Shown here piece after piece: positions 1 through 7,879 of a stretch of 64,000 bases of DNA (position 1 is its first letter; every line of letters starts with the position of its first letter). Origin of the DNA: an uncultured Gammaproteobacteria bacterium (GTDB taxonomy: Bacteria > Patescibacteriota > Patescibacteriia > UBA9934); contig CAZTKG010000006.1 of the NCBI GenBank assembly GCA_964613815.1, positions 10,973 to 74,972 on the forward strand, in the 5' to 3' direction. Under the pieces are notes generated by a model, which was given only the letters and a program-made list of their open reading frames with translations, did no database searches and was not told where the DNA came from. A program made the position numbers and the translations under genes.

Positions 1-1111
1 GGAAAAATCTTCTACAGGCGATAGTTTGGCAGTAGAGGAGAATGTCTTCGAGTTTTCTTGTGGCTACTTGTTTTTCCGCTTGGTCTTCGATTTGATTGAT
101 GAAGTATTCTTGTTTTGATTTGTCGGCGAATGTGTAGAAAAGAATGCATTTACTTGGGAGGCCGTCGCGTCCTGCACGACCTGTTTCTTGGTAGTAGCCT
201 TCGATGGTTTTGGGGAGGTCCATGTGGATGACGGTGCGGACGTTTGGTTTGTTGATGCCCATGCCGAAAGCGATGGTTGCAGCGATGATGGGGGTTTTGT
301 CGTGGATGAAGTTTTCTTGGATGTTTGCTCGGTCGTCTTTTGAGAGGCCGGCGTGATAAGCGGCGGCTTTTAGGCCGGCTTTTTGAATGCTTGCAGCGAT
401 GGACTCGGTGTTTTTGCGGGAGTAACAGTAGATGATGGCGGATTCTTCTGGGGAGGCTTTTAGGATGTCGATGAGCTGGGCGGTGGCTTTGATTTTGGGG
501 CGGACGTGGTAGGTGAGGTTGGCTCTGTTGAAAGAGGATTTGAATGTTTTTGCGTTTAGGATGCCAAGTTGTTTGATGATGTCTTGTTCGACTTGTGGGG
601 TAGCGGTTGCGGTGAGGGCGACGATGGGGGCTCCGGTGGTTTTGAGGGATTTGAGGGTGCGGTAGTCTGGGCGGAAGTCGTGGCCCCATTCGCTGATGCA
701 ATGGGCTTCGTCGATGGCGATGAGATTTACGCGGAGGTCTGATAGGGCTTGGCGGAAGCTGTAGGTGCTTACGCGTTCTGGGGCGAGGTATAGGATTTTG
801 ATGCGGCCTTCTGTGGCGTTTTGGATGACGGTTTGTTGTTGTTTGGGTGTGAGGGATGAGTTGAGGAAGGCGGCTTGGATGCCGTTTGCGTTTAGGGCGT
901 CGACTTGGTCTTTCATGAGGGCGATGAGGGGGGAGACGACGAGGGTGAGGCCTGGGAAGACGAGAGCAGGGAGTTGGTAGCAGAGGGATTTTCCTCCGCC
1001 GGTTGGCATGAGGACAAGCGTGTCGTTTTTTGCGAGGATGGAATCGATGATTTGCTTCTGCATTGGGCGGAAGCTTGTGTAGCCGAAGTGTTTTTTGAGG
1101 ATGGATTCCAT
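1..1111 (-). CDS. recQ: ATP-dependent DNA helicase RecQ, N-terminal about 370 aa; the 3' end lies beyond the window start
   Basis: Manual translation of the minus strand from the ATG at 1109-1111 gives MESILKKHFGYTSFRPMQKQII...LMPTGGGKSLCYQLPAL...IDEAHCISEWGHDFRPDY..., which are canonical RecQ helicase motifs I, II (DEAH) and onward. This ORF is not in the supplied track because no stop falls inside the window. Confidence 0.85.
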   Translation of the reverse strand, partial: MESILKKHFGYTSFRPMQKQIIDSILAKNDTLVLMPTGGGKSLCYQLPALVFPGLTLVVSPLIALMKDQVDALNANGIQAAFLNSSLTPKQQQTVIQNATEGRIKILYLAPERVSTYSFRQALSDLRVNLIAIDEAHCISEWGHDFRPDYRTLKSLKTTGAPIVALTATATPQVEQDIIKQLGILNAKTFKSSFNRANLTYHVRPKIKATAQLIDILKASPEESAIIYCYSRKNTESIAASIQKAGLKAAAYHAGLSKDDRANIQENFIHDKTPIIAATIAFGMGINKPNVRTVIHMDLPKTIEGYYQETGRAGRDGLPSKCILFYTFADKSKQEYFINQIEDQAEKQVATRKLEDILLYCQTIACRRFF

Positions 1112-1196
1112 AGTGATTTTGTTTGGAGACGAAAAGCCGGCTTTGTAGCCGGCTTTGAAAGGATTGATATAATTTTATCGTGATTTTGATGGGATG

Positions 1197-1580
1197 TCAA
1201 TTTGCTTGTTTTTTGATCCAGTTGATGATTTGTTTCTTTGAGCGTTTTTTTGATGCGATGTTGATCATGAATTGTTTTGTTTGCCTTGGTGGTGTTTTGA
1301 GGTTTTTTCCATTTATGGCGAGGAATATTTTTGTTGCAAGTAGGGCGGTTCGTTTGTTTCCGTCGAAGAATGGGTGATAGTTTGTGAGTGCTTCTAGTAG
1401 CGTTGCTGCTTTGGATTCGATGGAGGGATAGAGTTCGATCTTTGTGATGGTTGTTTTGGGTTTTTCGCAGGCGGCAAAAAGAAGTCCTGGGTCACGAAGT
1501 CTTTCTTTCCCCCCTGTTTCTTCTAGGATTCGTTTGTGGATGGCGATGATTTCTTCTGGGGTGAGGTAGGTGATTTTCAT
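1197..1580 (-). CDS. doc: Fic/Doc-family toxin (death-on-curing-like)
   Basis: The 127-aa ORF carries the Doc/Fic signature HPFFDGNKRTA. Its start overlaps the stop of the upstream small antitoxin ORF by 4 nt (ATGA). Confidence 0.8.
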   Translation of the reverse strand: MKITYLTPEEIIAIHKRILEETGGKERLRDPGLLFAACEKPKTTITKIELYPSIESKAATLLEALTNYHPFFDGNKRTALLATKIFLAINGKNLKTPPRQTKQFMINIASKKRSKKQIINWIKKQAN

Positions 1581-1792
1581 GCGTCCTTTAGGGCGATGAG
1601 GAGGTCTTTGTCTTCCTCGATGAATTTGTTTGTCCAGGCGATGATTTCTGGGCGGACTGAAGGGGAGGATGGTTTTGTTTTGGAGATGTTGACGTGAATG
1701 TTGTCTCCGATTTTTGCGTTTGCTTCTCGGAGCATTGTTTTTGGGAGGATGACGGCTGCGGAGTCGCCTACTTTTATGATTTTTCTGTTCAT
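1577..1792 (-). CDS. AbrB/MazE/SpoVT-fold antitoxin partnered with the Doc toxin
   Basis: The 71-aa ORF reads MNRKIIKVGDSAAVILPKTMLRE, a swapped-hairpin AbrB/MazE-like N-terminus. It overlaps doc translationally. A TATAAT box sits immediately 5' of the ATG, suggesting a leaderless transcript. Confidence 0.7.
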   Translation of the reverse strand: MNRKIIKVGDSAAVILPKTMLREANAKIGDNIHVNISKTKPSSPSVRPEIIAWTNKFIEEDKDLLIALKDA

Positions 1793-1844
1793 ATATTATA
1801 ATGATATTATAATGGGCTGTTTTGTCAAGTGATTTGTTGCTGTT

Positions 1845-2594
1845 GTGTTATGCTTTGAGCCCATGGAACGAGAAGTGAAAATTAAGATTCCTGGGACGAA
1901 GAAGTTTGTGTATGTGAAGGTTCGAGGGAGTTTGAAGAAGCCTTTGGTGGTTTTTGTGCCGGGGCTTTTTTGTCGTATCAACGAGCATTATTTTTTTAAT
2001 GGGGCGAAGTATTTTGAGAAGGCGGGGTATGCGGTTTGTCGGATGAATTTGTATAGCTATCAGAAAGACGCTCGGAAGGCGGCGGGGTGTACGTTAAAGA
2101 CGCATGCGAATGATTTGGATGTTGTTGTGAGGTATTTTCGGGGGAAGGGGGTGCGGAAGATTTTTGTTGTGGGGCATAGTAATGGTGGAGCGGTGGTTTT
2201 GCTTTCGAAGAAGAAGGATTTTGATGGGGTTTCGCTTTGGGATTCGGCGCATGAGGAGATTAGTGGGTATAAGCAGTATTCTTATGTGAAGAAATTGTCG
2301 GGGATGAGTGGATATCGATTGCGATGGGCGATTGATTATATTTTGCCGAAGAATCTTGTGGAGGAAGCAGAGACGATCAAGTATGAGCATTTGATTGAGG
2401 ATATCGTGGCGCCTGTTCAGGTCATCGTCGCGGAGAAGGGGGTGTTGGTGCCTTATGGGAAAAGATATTATGAACGGGTTAAGGGGGAGAAGGATTATCA
2501 TCTACTTAGGGGAAGTGGGCATACGTTTAATGAAGATGGGGTTGAGGAGAAATTGTTTGCGGTGACGCGGGGGTGGTTTGATAAATGGCGGTAG
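1845..2594 (+). CDS. alpha/beta-fold hydrolase
   Basis: GHSNGG nucleophile elbow (GxSxG) and a plausible acid/His downstream. The true start may be M7 at 1863. Confidence 0.6.
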   Translation: MLCFEPMEREVKIKIPGTKKFVYVKVRGSLKKPLVVFVPGLFCRINEHYFFNGAKYFEKAGYAVCRMNLYSYQKDARKAAGCTLKTHANDLDVVVRYFRGKGVRKIFVVGHSNGGAVVLLSKKKDFDGVSLWDSAHEEISGYKQYSYVKKLSGMSGYRLRWAIDYILPKNLVEEAETIKYEHLIEDIVAPVQVIVAEKGVLVPYGKRYYERVKGEKDYHLLRGSGHTFNEDGVEEKLFAVTRGWFDKWR

Positions 2595-2653
2595 GGGTTG
2601 GTGATTTTTGGGAGGTAGGCGTTTTGGGCTTCTTGTGTTACAATGTCTTACAT

Positions 2654-2875
2654 ATGGATCAGCCTACGATTACGTTGCGATTGCCGAAAAAGATTAAGAA
2701 GCGACTTGATTCTTTTGTGAAATCTGAGCAGCGGAATCGGAGTGAGGTTGTGCGGGATGCGCTTCGGCAATATTTTGCGAAAGAGGAGTTTCGGGCGCTT
2801 CGGGCGAAGATGGTTCCTCGGGCTCAGGGGCGAGGGGTGTTTACAGATGATGATGTGTTTGATCGGGTTTCATGA
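2654..2875 (+). CDS. ribbon-helix-helix (CopG/VapB-like) antitoxin
   Basis: Internal ATG at 2654 gives MDQPTITLRLPKKIKKRLD..., a typical RHH N-terminal beta-strand plus helix. It overlaps the downstream PIN gene by 4 nt. Confidence 0.65.
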   Translation: MDQPTITLRLPKKIKKRLDSFVKSEQRNRSEVVRDALRQYFAKEEFRALRAKMVPRAQGRGVFTDDDVFDRVS

Positions 2876-3267
2876 GGGTGTTTTTTGATACGAATGTTTT
2901 GATTGCGGCGTTTGTTTCGCATGGAGGGTGTGCGGATGTTTTTGTGCATGCGATGGGGCATCATTCGGTTTTTGTTTCTGAATTTGTTTTGGGGGAACTA
3001 GAGCGAGTGCTTATGAAAAAGTTTGGATATGTGGAGTCAGATGTGACGGAGGTTTTGATATTTTTAAGGAATCAGCTAGGGGTTGTAGAAAGCGAGGGGC
3101 TTAATGTGAAGATTTGTCGGGATGAGGATGATGATTTTGTGCTTGCCGGGGCATTTGTGGCTCGGGCGGATTTTCTTGTTAGTGGGGATGAGGATTTGTT
3201 GGTTCTTGAGGAGATTGAGGGGGTTCGGATTATTTCCCCGAAAGATTATTGGAAACAGTTAACGTGA
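2872..3267 (+). CDS. vapC: PIN-domain ribonuclease toxin (VapC-like)
   Basis: MRVFFDTNVLIAA... is the PIN hallmark. Acidic residues lie further along (DEDDDFVLAG; SGDEDL). The gene is 131 aa and coupled to the RHH gene. Confidence 0.8.
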   Translation: MRVFFDTNVLIAAFVSHGGCADVFVHAMGHHSVFVSEFVLGELERVLMKKFGYVESDVTEVLIFLRNQLGVVESEGLNVKICRDEDDDFVLAGAFVARADFLVSGDEDLLVLEEIEGVRIISPKDYWKQLT

Positions 3268-3271
3268 TGGT

Positions 3272-3886
3272 ATGAAATATAAGTTGGTGATGTTTGATTT
3301 TGATGGGGTGCTTGTTGATTCTTTTGAGGATGCTTATGCGACGATGGATGCGGTGACGGAGGAATCGCTTTCTCGGGAGCGGTATCGGGATATGTATTTG
3401 GGGAATATTTATGATTCGAAGGAGGTGAAGGAGGAGAGGGAGGTTGAGGATTGGGCGGAGAATTCTTTTTTTAAGGTGTATATTCCGAAGATTTTGGCGA
3501 TGGAGCCTGTAGCGGGGATGCGGGAGGTTTTGGAGGGGCTTCAGGCGTGTGGGGTGAAGATGGTGGTGGTGAGTTCTTGTGTGGATGTGGCGATTCGGGG
3601 GTGGGCGGAGAAAAATGAGTTTTTGGAATTTTTTGAGGGGATTTATGCGGTGGATGTGGATACGAATAAGGTGCGGAAGATTGGGAAGGCGCTCGGGGAT
3701 GTTGGTGTGGGTGCGGATGAGGCGGTTTTTGTGACGGATACGCTTGGGGATGTTCGGGAGGCGAGGAAGGCTGATGTGGAGAGTGTTGCGGTGGGGTGGG
3801 GGTTTCATGGAGAGGATCGGTTGTTTTTGGATGGGGAGGTTCGGATGGTGCATAGTGCGGGTGAGCTTGGGGAAATTTTGAGGTAG
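3272..3886 (+). CDS. HAD-superfamily hydrolase (phosphatase)
   Basis: MKYKLVMFDFDGVLVDS is HAD motif I (DxDG). The C-terminal GD..D motif reads TDTLGDVREA. Confidence 0.75.
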   Translation: MKYKLVMFDFDGVLVDSFEDAYATMDAVTEESLSRERYRDMYLGNIYDSKEVKEEREVEDWAENSFFKVYIPKILAMEPVAGMREVLEGLQACGVKMVVVSSCVDVAIRGWAEKNEFLEFFEGIYAVDVDTNKVRKIGKALGDVGVGADEAVFVTDTLGDVREARKADVESVAVGWGFHGEDRLFLDGEVRMVHSAGELGEILR

Positions 3887-3902
3887 ATTTTTGAGAAAAA
3901 AA

Positions 3903-3945
3903 TGGACCCCTGCCAACCAATATGGTCGGCAGGGGTTTCACGGTG
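3903..3945. terminator. hairpin (cccctgcc..ggcagggg) flanked by A7 on one side and a U-run on the other
   Basis: Minus strand: cccctgccgaccatattggttggcagggg followed by tccattttttttt. Plus strand: a7 then hairpin then tttcac. Confidence 0.5.
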
Positions 3946-4602
3946 GGGACTCGCGCACTACCGCGATCGCGTTGCTCGCCAATTTTACGGCAAGCTGCCC
4001 TTTTCGGTGCCTGTGATTTTGGGCTTCCATGACTCTTTTGGTCGGGGCAGTGACTCCCGACTGATCGCATTCAGATTGCCGCATGTCGCGACAACCCTAT
4101 ACCCTTGAATGACCGTAAGTTGCCATTCCATCCAGCTCTTTCGAGTGCTGAACGGCCCTGACTTACCAGGGTGCAGTTTTTGCTGCTCCGTCGCCTTCGC
4201 GACTACATCGCGTTGGCACTTCGTAACCTATCCTTATTCGCCTACCAGGGGCGAAGTGTTGATTCATGCTTTTCCAGCCTTTCCACCTTGGTTGTCGGTG
4301 GACTTAGGCGCTTGGGGATGTTTGTCCGGCACGTCTCTCGACCTCTGTAGGGCGTCCCTATTTTTTTTAGCGGGAAGAACTGTTGCATCCGTTTTCGCGT
4401 TGAGGTGAAGAGGTTTCCCTCGTTCTGGGTGGTTTTCCTCAGATAACCTTTTCTGCTCTATGGCGTCCACCGACGACATTGCCTAAGCATCTCCTAAGGA
4501 TGCAGGCGGCAGGTAGGTGCGGGGTATGCGTGAGAGTTTTTTCAGCGTGACTGCTGCCTGGTGCTCTCGCTCAATTCGGTCGGTTTTCTTCAGGTGAACT
4601 GT

Positions 4603-4626
4603 GTGATTGTTTATCACACAGTTGTA
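4603..4626. promoter_or_regulatory. perfect 9-bp inverted repeat (ctgtgtgat-N5-atcacacag) at +25 to +50 of the promoter above; candidate operator
   Basis: Sequence tgtgtgattgtttatcacaca is seen directly, immediately downstream of the predicted TSS. Confidence 0.45.
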
Positions 4627-4654
4627 TAAATGCCTTAACATCTACACGACGTCG

Positions 4655-4690
4655 ATAATATAGCATATTTTGTTAAGTTTGTCAAGTGTT
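4655..4690 (-). promoter_or_regulatory. sigma70-type promoter: TTGACA, 17 nt, TATATT
   Basis: Reverse complement of 4655-4690 reads cacTTGACAaacttaacaaaatatgcTATATTatcgacg, a perfect -35, 17-nt spacer and a near-perfect -10. Confidence 0.55.
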
Positions 4691-4786
4691 TTTTGTTGGT
4701 TTTTTGTAAAAAGGTTAATGAAAGTATTGTTTTTTATGTTTTTTTGTAAAGTTAAAACCGTGCGTCTGCACGGCTTGATGGAGGTG

Positions 4787-5181
4787 TTTATGTGAGGGCG
4801 GCGGCGATGAGGGTCGTTACGCCGGTCACGGTGATAAACGTCCATTTTCTGTTTTCACGAGGCTTGTGGATTTCCTTGTGAATCAGGGTGCTGAAGATTT
4901 GGGAGAGGATCATCAGTGGGAGGATGTATCCTGCGAGGCCGGAGATGGTGAGTCCCCAGATGCAGGTGCCGATCCCGACGGCAGTTGGGATGATTGGATG
5001 GTTGGCGAAGATATGTTCGCCGATGTGGTTTCTGCGTGCGTGCGCGGTGAATGTGATGAGTTCGAGACCGCTCAGGGTGAGAAGGAGTGATGGGTCTTGC
5101 GTGATGAGGGTGCAGAGTACGATGAGGGGGTCCCATCCAGAGGATGAAATGACCCCAACGGTCGATCCATCTGCTTGTCAT
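4787..5181 (-). pseudogene. small polytopic membrane protein gene with an apparent frameshift
   Basis: A strong SD-plus-ATG (aaGGAGAcaacATG) at 5181 opens a frame that becomes Arg/His/Pro-rich nonsense after about 10 codons. The +1 frame instead encodes a continuous hydrophobic protein (...GIGTCIWGLTISGLAGYILPLMILSQIFSTLIHK...) running to a TAA at 4787. A hairpin + T-run terminator follows at about 4755-4785. Confidence 0.4.
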
Positions 5182-5305
5182 GTTGTCTCCTTGGTTGTTT
5201 GTAGGGATACCATACTGTTGATTTTGTTATTTGTTAAGTATCTTGGTATTTTCGTTGATTTTTTTGTCAAAATGCATTAGGGTTTGGGTGTCGAATTTTC
5301 GGCTT

Positions 5306-5701
5306 ATGCTCTTTGGAGTGGGCTTGTCACTGCGGTTGCTGGTTGCTTTTGATAATTGGCCTTCGTTCAATGCTGATTTGGATGATGCTGAAACGATGCT
5401 CAATTTGGATGAGGCGGTTACGCGGATTCTGGTTGATATGGGTATTGGAGGGATTTCTGATGGGAGCCAGGTGCTTGTGAGCGCCGGGACTCGTCAAATT
5501 CGTTTGGATCGTCGGATTCTGGTTGTGCGGATTGAGGATCTTGCAGGGAAGCTTCAGATGCGGCTTGCGGAGTATATGGAGCTTCGTGATCGAGTCGGTG
5601 CTGCTGTTCGTGCTGATCTTCCTGGATGGACTTCGGAGATGGTTTTGACTTCTGTGGAGGTTGATGTGACGCGTGTTGGTCGTCTTTCTCGCGCTAGTTA
5701 G
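5306..5701 (+). CDS. hypothetical protein
   Basis: ORF with protein-like composition. The start was chosen at the internal ATG (MLFGVGLSL...), because the upstream part overlaps the probable promoter of the divergent membrane-protein gene. Confidence 0.35.
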   Translation: MLFGVGLSLRLLVAFDNWPSFNADLDDAETMLNLDEAVTRILVDMGIGGISDGSQVLVSAGTRQIRLDRRILVVRIEDLAGKLQMRLAEYMELRDRVGAAVRADLPGWTSEMVLTSVEVDVTRVGRLSRAS

Positions 5702-5754
5702 CGCGATCTTGCCCGGTTTCCGGGCGATTCTTTTTTTGGGTATACTCTGCGTAT

Positions 5755-6822
5755 ATGTATTCTAAAATGTTTTTTACGATGATCGCCGGTTTGGTGATTT
5801 TGGTTGTACTTGTGATTGTTGCGTTGTTTTTGCCAGGGATGAGTGACGAGGAGTTTTATGATGATGAGATTGATGTGGTTCCTTATGGGGAGGATGGGTT
5901 GGGAGATGTTGATGAGGAGGTAGAGATTGAAGATGAGGGGGTGGGCTTGAGCGCGGGGACGGTTCGTGAAAGTTCTTTGACTGTTCGTGTTGATGAGGGT
6001 TATGACGTGGATGAGTTGGAGAAATTTGAAGGATTTATTGTTAATCAGACGACGGGGGATCGGCAGTCGGTTCGTGTTTATAAGCCGTCTGTTGGCATTG
6101 ATTTGCCACTTGTTGTTTTTGTTCCTGGTGGGAGTGGAAGTGGGGCTGGTTTTGAACGTCCTGGGCCGAATGGAGATAGTGATGCGGAGGCTTTGGTTCG
6201 AGAGGGGGTGGTGGTTGTGATTTATGATCCGCTTGGTACTGGCGAAAGTGAGGGGGATTATGATTATCAGGGGTATGCTGATCAGGATGGGATTGCGGAT
6301 ATTTTATTTGGCGTGAAGGAGTTTGATTATGTCGACGATGCAAATATTGGTATTGCGAGTTTTTCTTATGGTGTGACCGGAGCGGCTGGGGTGCTTGCGC
6401 GGTATCCGGGGATGGGGATGAAGTTTTGGTCAGATTGGGAGGGGCCTTCCAGTCGGTTTTATACAACGGTTGAGTGTGGAGAAGGAAGGGCTGCTACTGG
6501 GCGAGATGGGGGTCCGGGATCATTTGATTGTGATGATGAGGAGCATTGGATTGGGCGTGAGGCTGCTGTGAGCGCGTTTGATGTGCATGTTGATTATTAC
6601 TGGCGCGTGCAGCAAGAGAATGATCATGTGCAGGATTCGTATGGGCATACGCTTGAGATGGTGGAGGCTCTTGTTTTGAATGATGTGGTGGATTTGGTGA
6701 GGGTAAACGATGGGAAGGTGAATGTGGTTTATGAAGAGGATGATGAAGTCCCTGTGGTGGAAAATGGAAATTTTTATGGCTTGTATGTGATGTCGAATAT
6801 TCTTGAAATGATTGATATGTAA
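5755..6822 (+). CDS. membrane-anchored alpha/beta-hydrolase-like protein with an acidic linker
   Basis: N-terminal TM helix, DE-rich linker, and a GIASFSYGVTGAAG nucleophile elbow. A bidirectional terminator lies at 6825-6850. Confidence 0.6.
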   Translation: MYSKMFFTMIAGLVILVVLVIVALFLPGMSDEEFYDDEIDVVPYGEDGLGDVDEEVEIEDEGVGLSAGTVRESSLTVRVDEGYDVDELEKFEGFIVNQTTGDRQSVRVYKPSVGIDLPLVVFVPGGSGSGAGFERPGPNGDSDAEALVREGVVVVIYDPLGTGESEGDYDYQGYADQDGIADILFGVKEFDYVDDANIGIASFSYGVTGAAGVLARYPGMGMKFWSDWEGPSSRFYTTVECGEGRAATGRDGGPGSFDCDDEEHWIGREAAVSAFDVHVDYYWRVQQENDHVQDSYGHTLEMVEALVLNDVVDLVRVNDGKVNVVYEEDDEVPVVENGNFYGLYVMSNILEMIDM

Positions 6823-6850
6823 AAAAAGATCCTCGCCTTGGGCGGGGATT

Positions 6851-7249
6851 TTAGTAGCAGTTCTCGAAGAGGGTTTTGTAGGCGAGGCGTTCGATAGGGG
6901 CGAGGTTTCTGGCGGTTATCGTGTGGGGGAGCATGCCTTTTGCGATACCGCGCGGGTGCCAGATGAACTTGGTGAAGAGAAGTAGGCTTGCTGCGCAGGA
7001 TTCCATAGAGGGATTGTCTGTGCGGATTTTTCCTGAGCGATTGAGACATCCCCATTCCTCTGGGTCGTAGTAGCAGATGAGGGTTTGGCAGGCGATGATC
7101 GCGTTTTCGATTTCGACTTTTTTTGATGGATCGAGCTCCATCATTTTGTTGAGGAGTGAATGGATGATGTCGAGACAGAAGAGCATTTCGCCGAGTTTTT
7201 GTCCGGTGAGGTTTGGGGGTTTCCAGGGGGAGATGCGCGTGGTGGCCAT
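6851..7249 (-). CDS. hypothetical protein
   Basis: 132-aa ORF convergent with the hydrolase gene. No motif recognised. Confidence 0.45.
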   Translation of the reverse strand: MATTRISPWKPPNLTGQKLGEMLFCLDIIHSLLNKMMELDPSKKVEIENAIIACQTLICYYDPEEWGCLNRSGKIRTDNPSMESCAASLLLFTKFIWHPRGIAKGMLPHTITARNLAPIERLAYKTLFENCY

Positions 7250-7320
7250 TTGGTCTCCAGAAAGAGCTGATGCGTTAGTTTAGAGGGGATATTGTTTTGT
7301 GTCAATTTGATTCGTGTTTG

Positions 7321-7356
7321 ATCATGTGTTAATATGTTAATACTAAGTATTACACT
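7321..7356 (+). promoter_or_regulatory. promoter/operator of the RHH-RelE module: direct repeat TGTTAATA x2 and palindrome TAATACTaAGTATTA
   Basis: Sequence gtgttaatatgttaatactaagtattacact lies immediately 5' of the antitoxin ATG. Confidence 0.5.
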
Positions 7357-7593
7357 ATGGCTAGAAAAACAAAGATTGTTTCTGTGTCACTTCCGGAGAA
7401 GATGGCAAAAGCGATTGATTTACTTTCTGAGGAAATGGATCAGACTCGAAGTGAGCTGATTCGTGATGCTGTGCGAGATTATTTGATTGATGCTCATCGA
7501 GATCGGGAGAGATTTTTAGAGATTTATGCTGCGACGCGTGGTGAGAAAATGGTTCCATTGGAAGAGTTTCGAAAGGAGTGTGGGTTGATTTAG
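7357..7593 (+). CDS. ribbon-helix-helix antitoxin (ParD/CopG-like)
   Basis: MARKTKIVSVSLPEKMAKAIDLLSEE..., an RHH fold signature. The stop sits 1 nt from the toxin start. Confidence 0.7.
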   Translation: MARKTKIVSVSLPEKMAKAIDLLSEEMDQTRSELIRDAVRDYLIDAHRDRERFLEIYAATRGEKMVPLEEFRKECGLI

Positions 7594-7594
7594 T

Positions 7595-7864
7595 ATGTAT
7601 CGGGTTGTTCTTTCCTCCCATTATCGACGGGCGTTTAAAAAGCTGAATTCTCGGGATCAGAAGCGCATTGATCGCGCTGTTTCGCTACTCGTTGATGATC
7701 CGTTTTTATGTGTGAATATTGAGTCAATTAAGGGGGTTCGAGAAAAAGCGTTTCGTCTTCGGGTTGGTCGTTATCGGGTTGTTTATTTTGTGATTACGAA
7801 AGATTTTGTGGTCGAAGTTTTGGGATTGTTTTTGAAGAAGGGTAAGGAGGATTATCAGATGTGA
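7595..7864 (+). CDS. relE: RelE/ParE-family toxin
   Basis: 89 aa with FRLRVGRYRVVYFV, the RelE core motif. Confidence 0.75.
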   Translation: MYRVVLSSHYRRAFKKLNSRDQKRIDRAVSLLVDDPFLCVNIESIKGVREKAFRLRVGRYRVVYFVITKDFVVEVLGLFLKKGKEDYQM

Positions 7865-7879
7865 TATCCTGCGTGCATT

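Larger units (their letters stand above)
3898..4652 (-). ncRNA. candidate structured non-coding RNA of unknown class. It is read here on the minus strand. A roughly 465-nt plus-strand transcript ending at about 4365 is an alternative reading.
   Basis: The gap is about 960 bp with only compositionally implausible ORFs. A consensus minus-strand promoter lies at 4655-4690 (TTGACA-17-TATATT). A hairpin plus U-run terminator reads on the minus strand at 3903-3940. A plus-strand terminator (taggg-cgtc-ccta + T8) lies at 4337-4367. No RNase P, tmRNA or SRP consensus blocks were recognised by eye. Confidence 0.3.

Noticed and set aside
150-701. 183-aa minus-strand ORF (Arg/His/Pro-rich)
   Set aside because: It lies within the recQ coding region in another frame. 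Its composition is typical of a shadow ORF in GC-skewed coding DNA.
3230-4070. Two minus-strand ORFs (228 and 199 aa) over the HAD gene and its 3' flank
   Set aside because: They are Pro/His-rich shadows of the HAD hydrolase gene. The HAD motifs lie on the plus strand.
3900-4650. RNase P RNA, tmRNA or SRP RNA
   Set aside because: I looked on both strands for the P4 and CR-IV/V blocks (GGAAAGUCCGGGCUCC, GGUAAGAGCGCACC, ACAGAACCCGGCUUA), a tmRNA tag reading frame plus T-arm (GGUUCGAAUCC), and SRP domain IV (GGUCCGGAAGGAAGCAGC). None was convincingly present. The locus is kept only as an unclassified ncRNA candidate.
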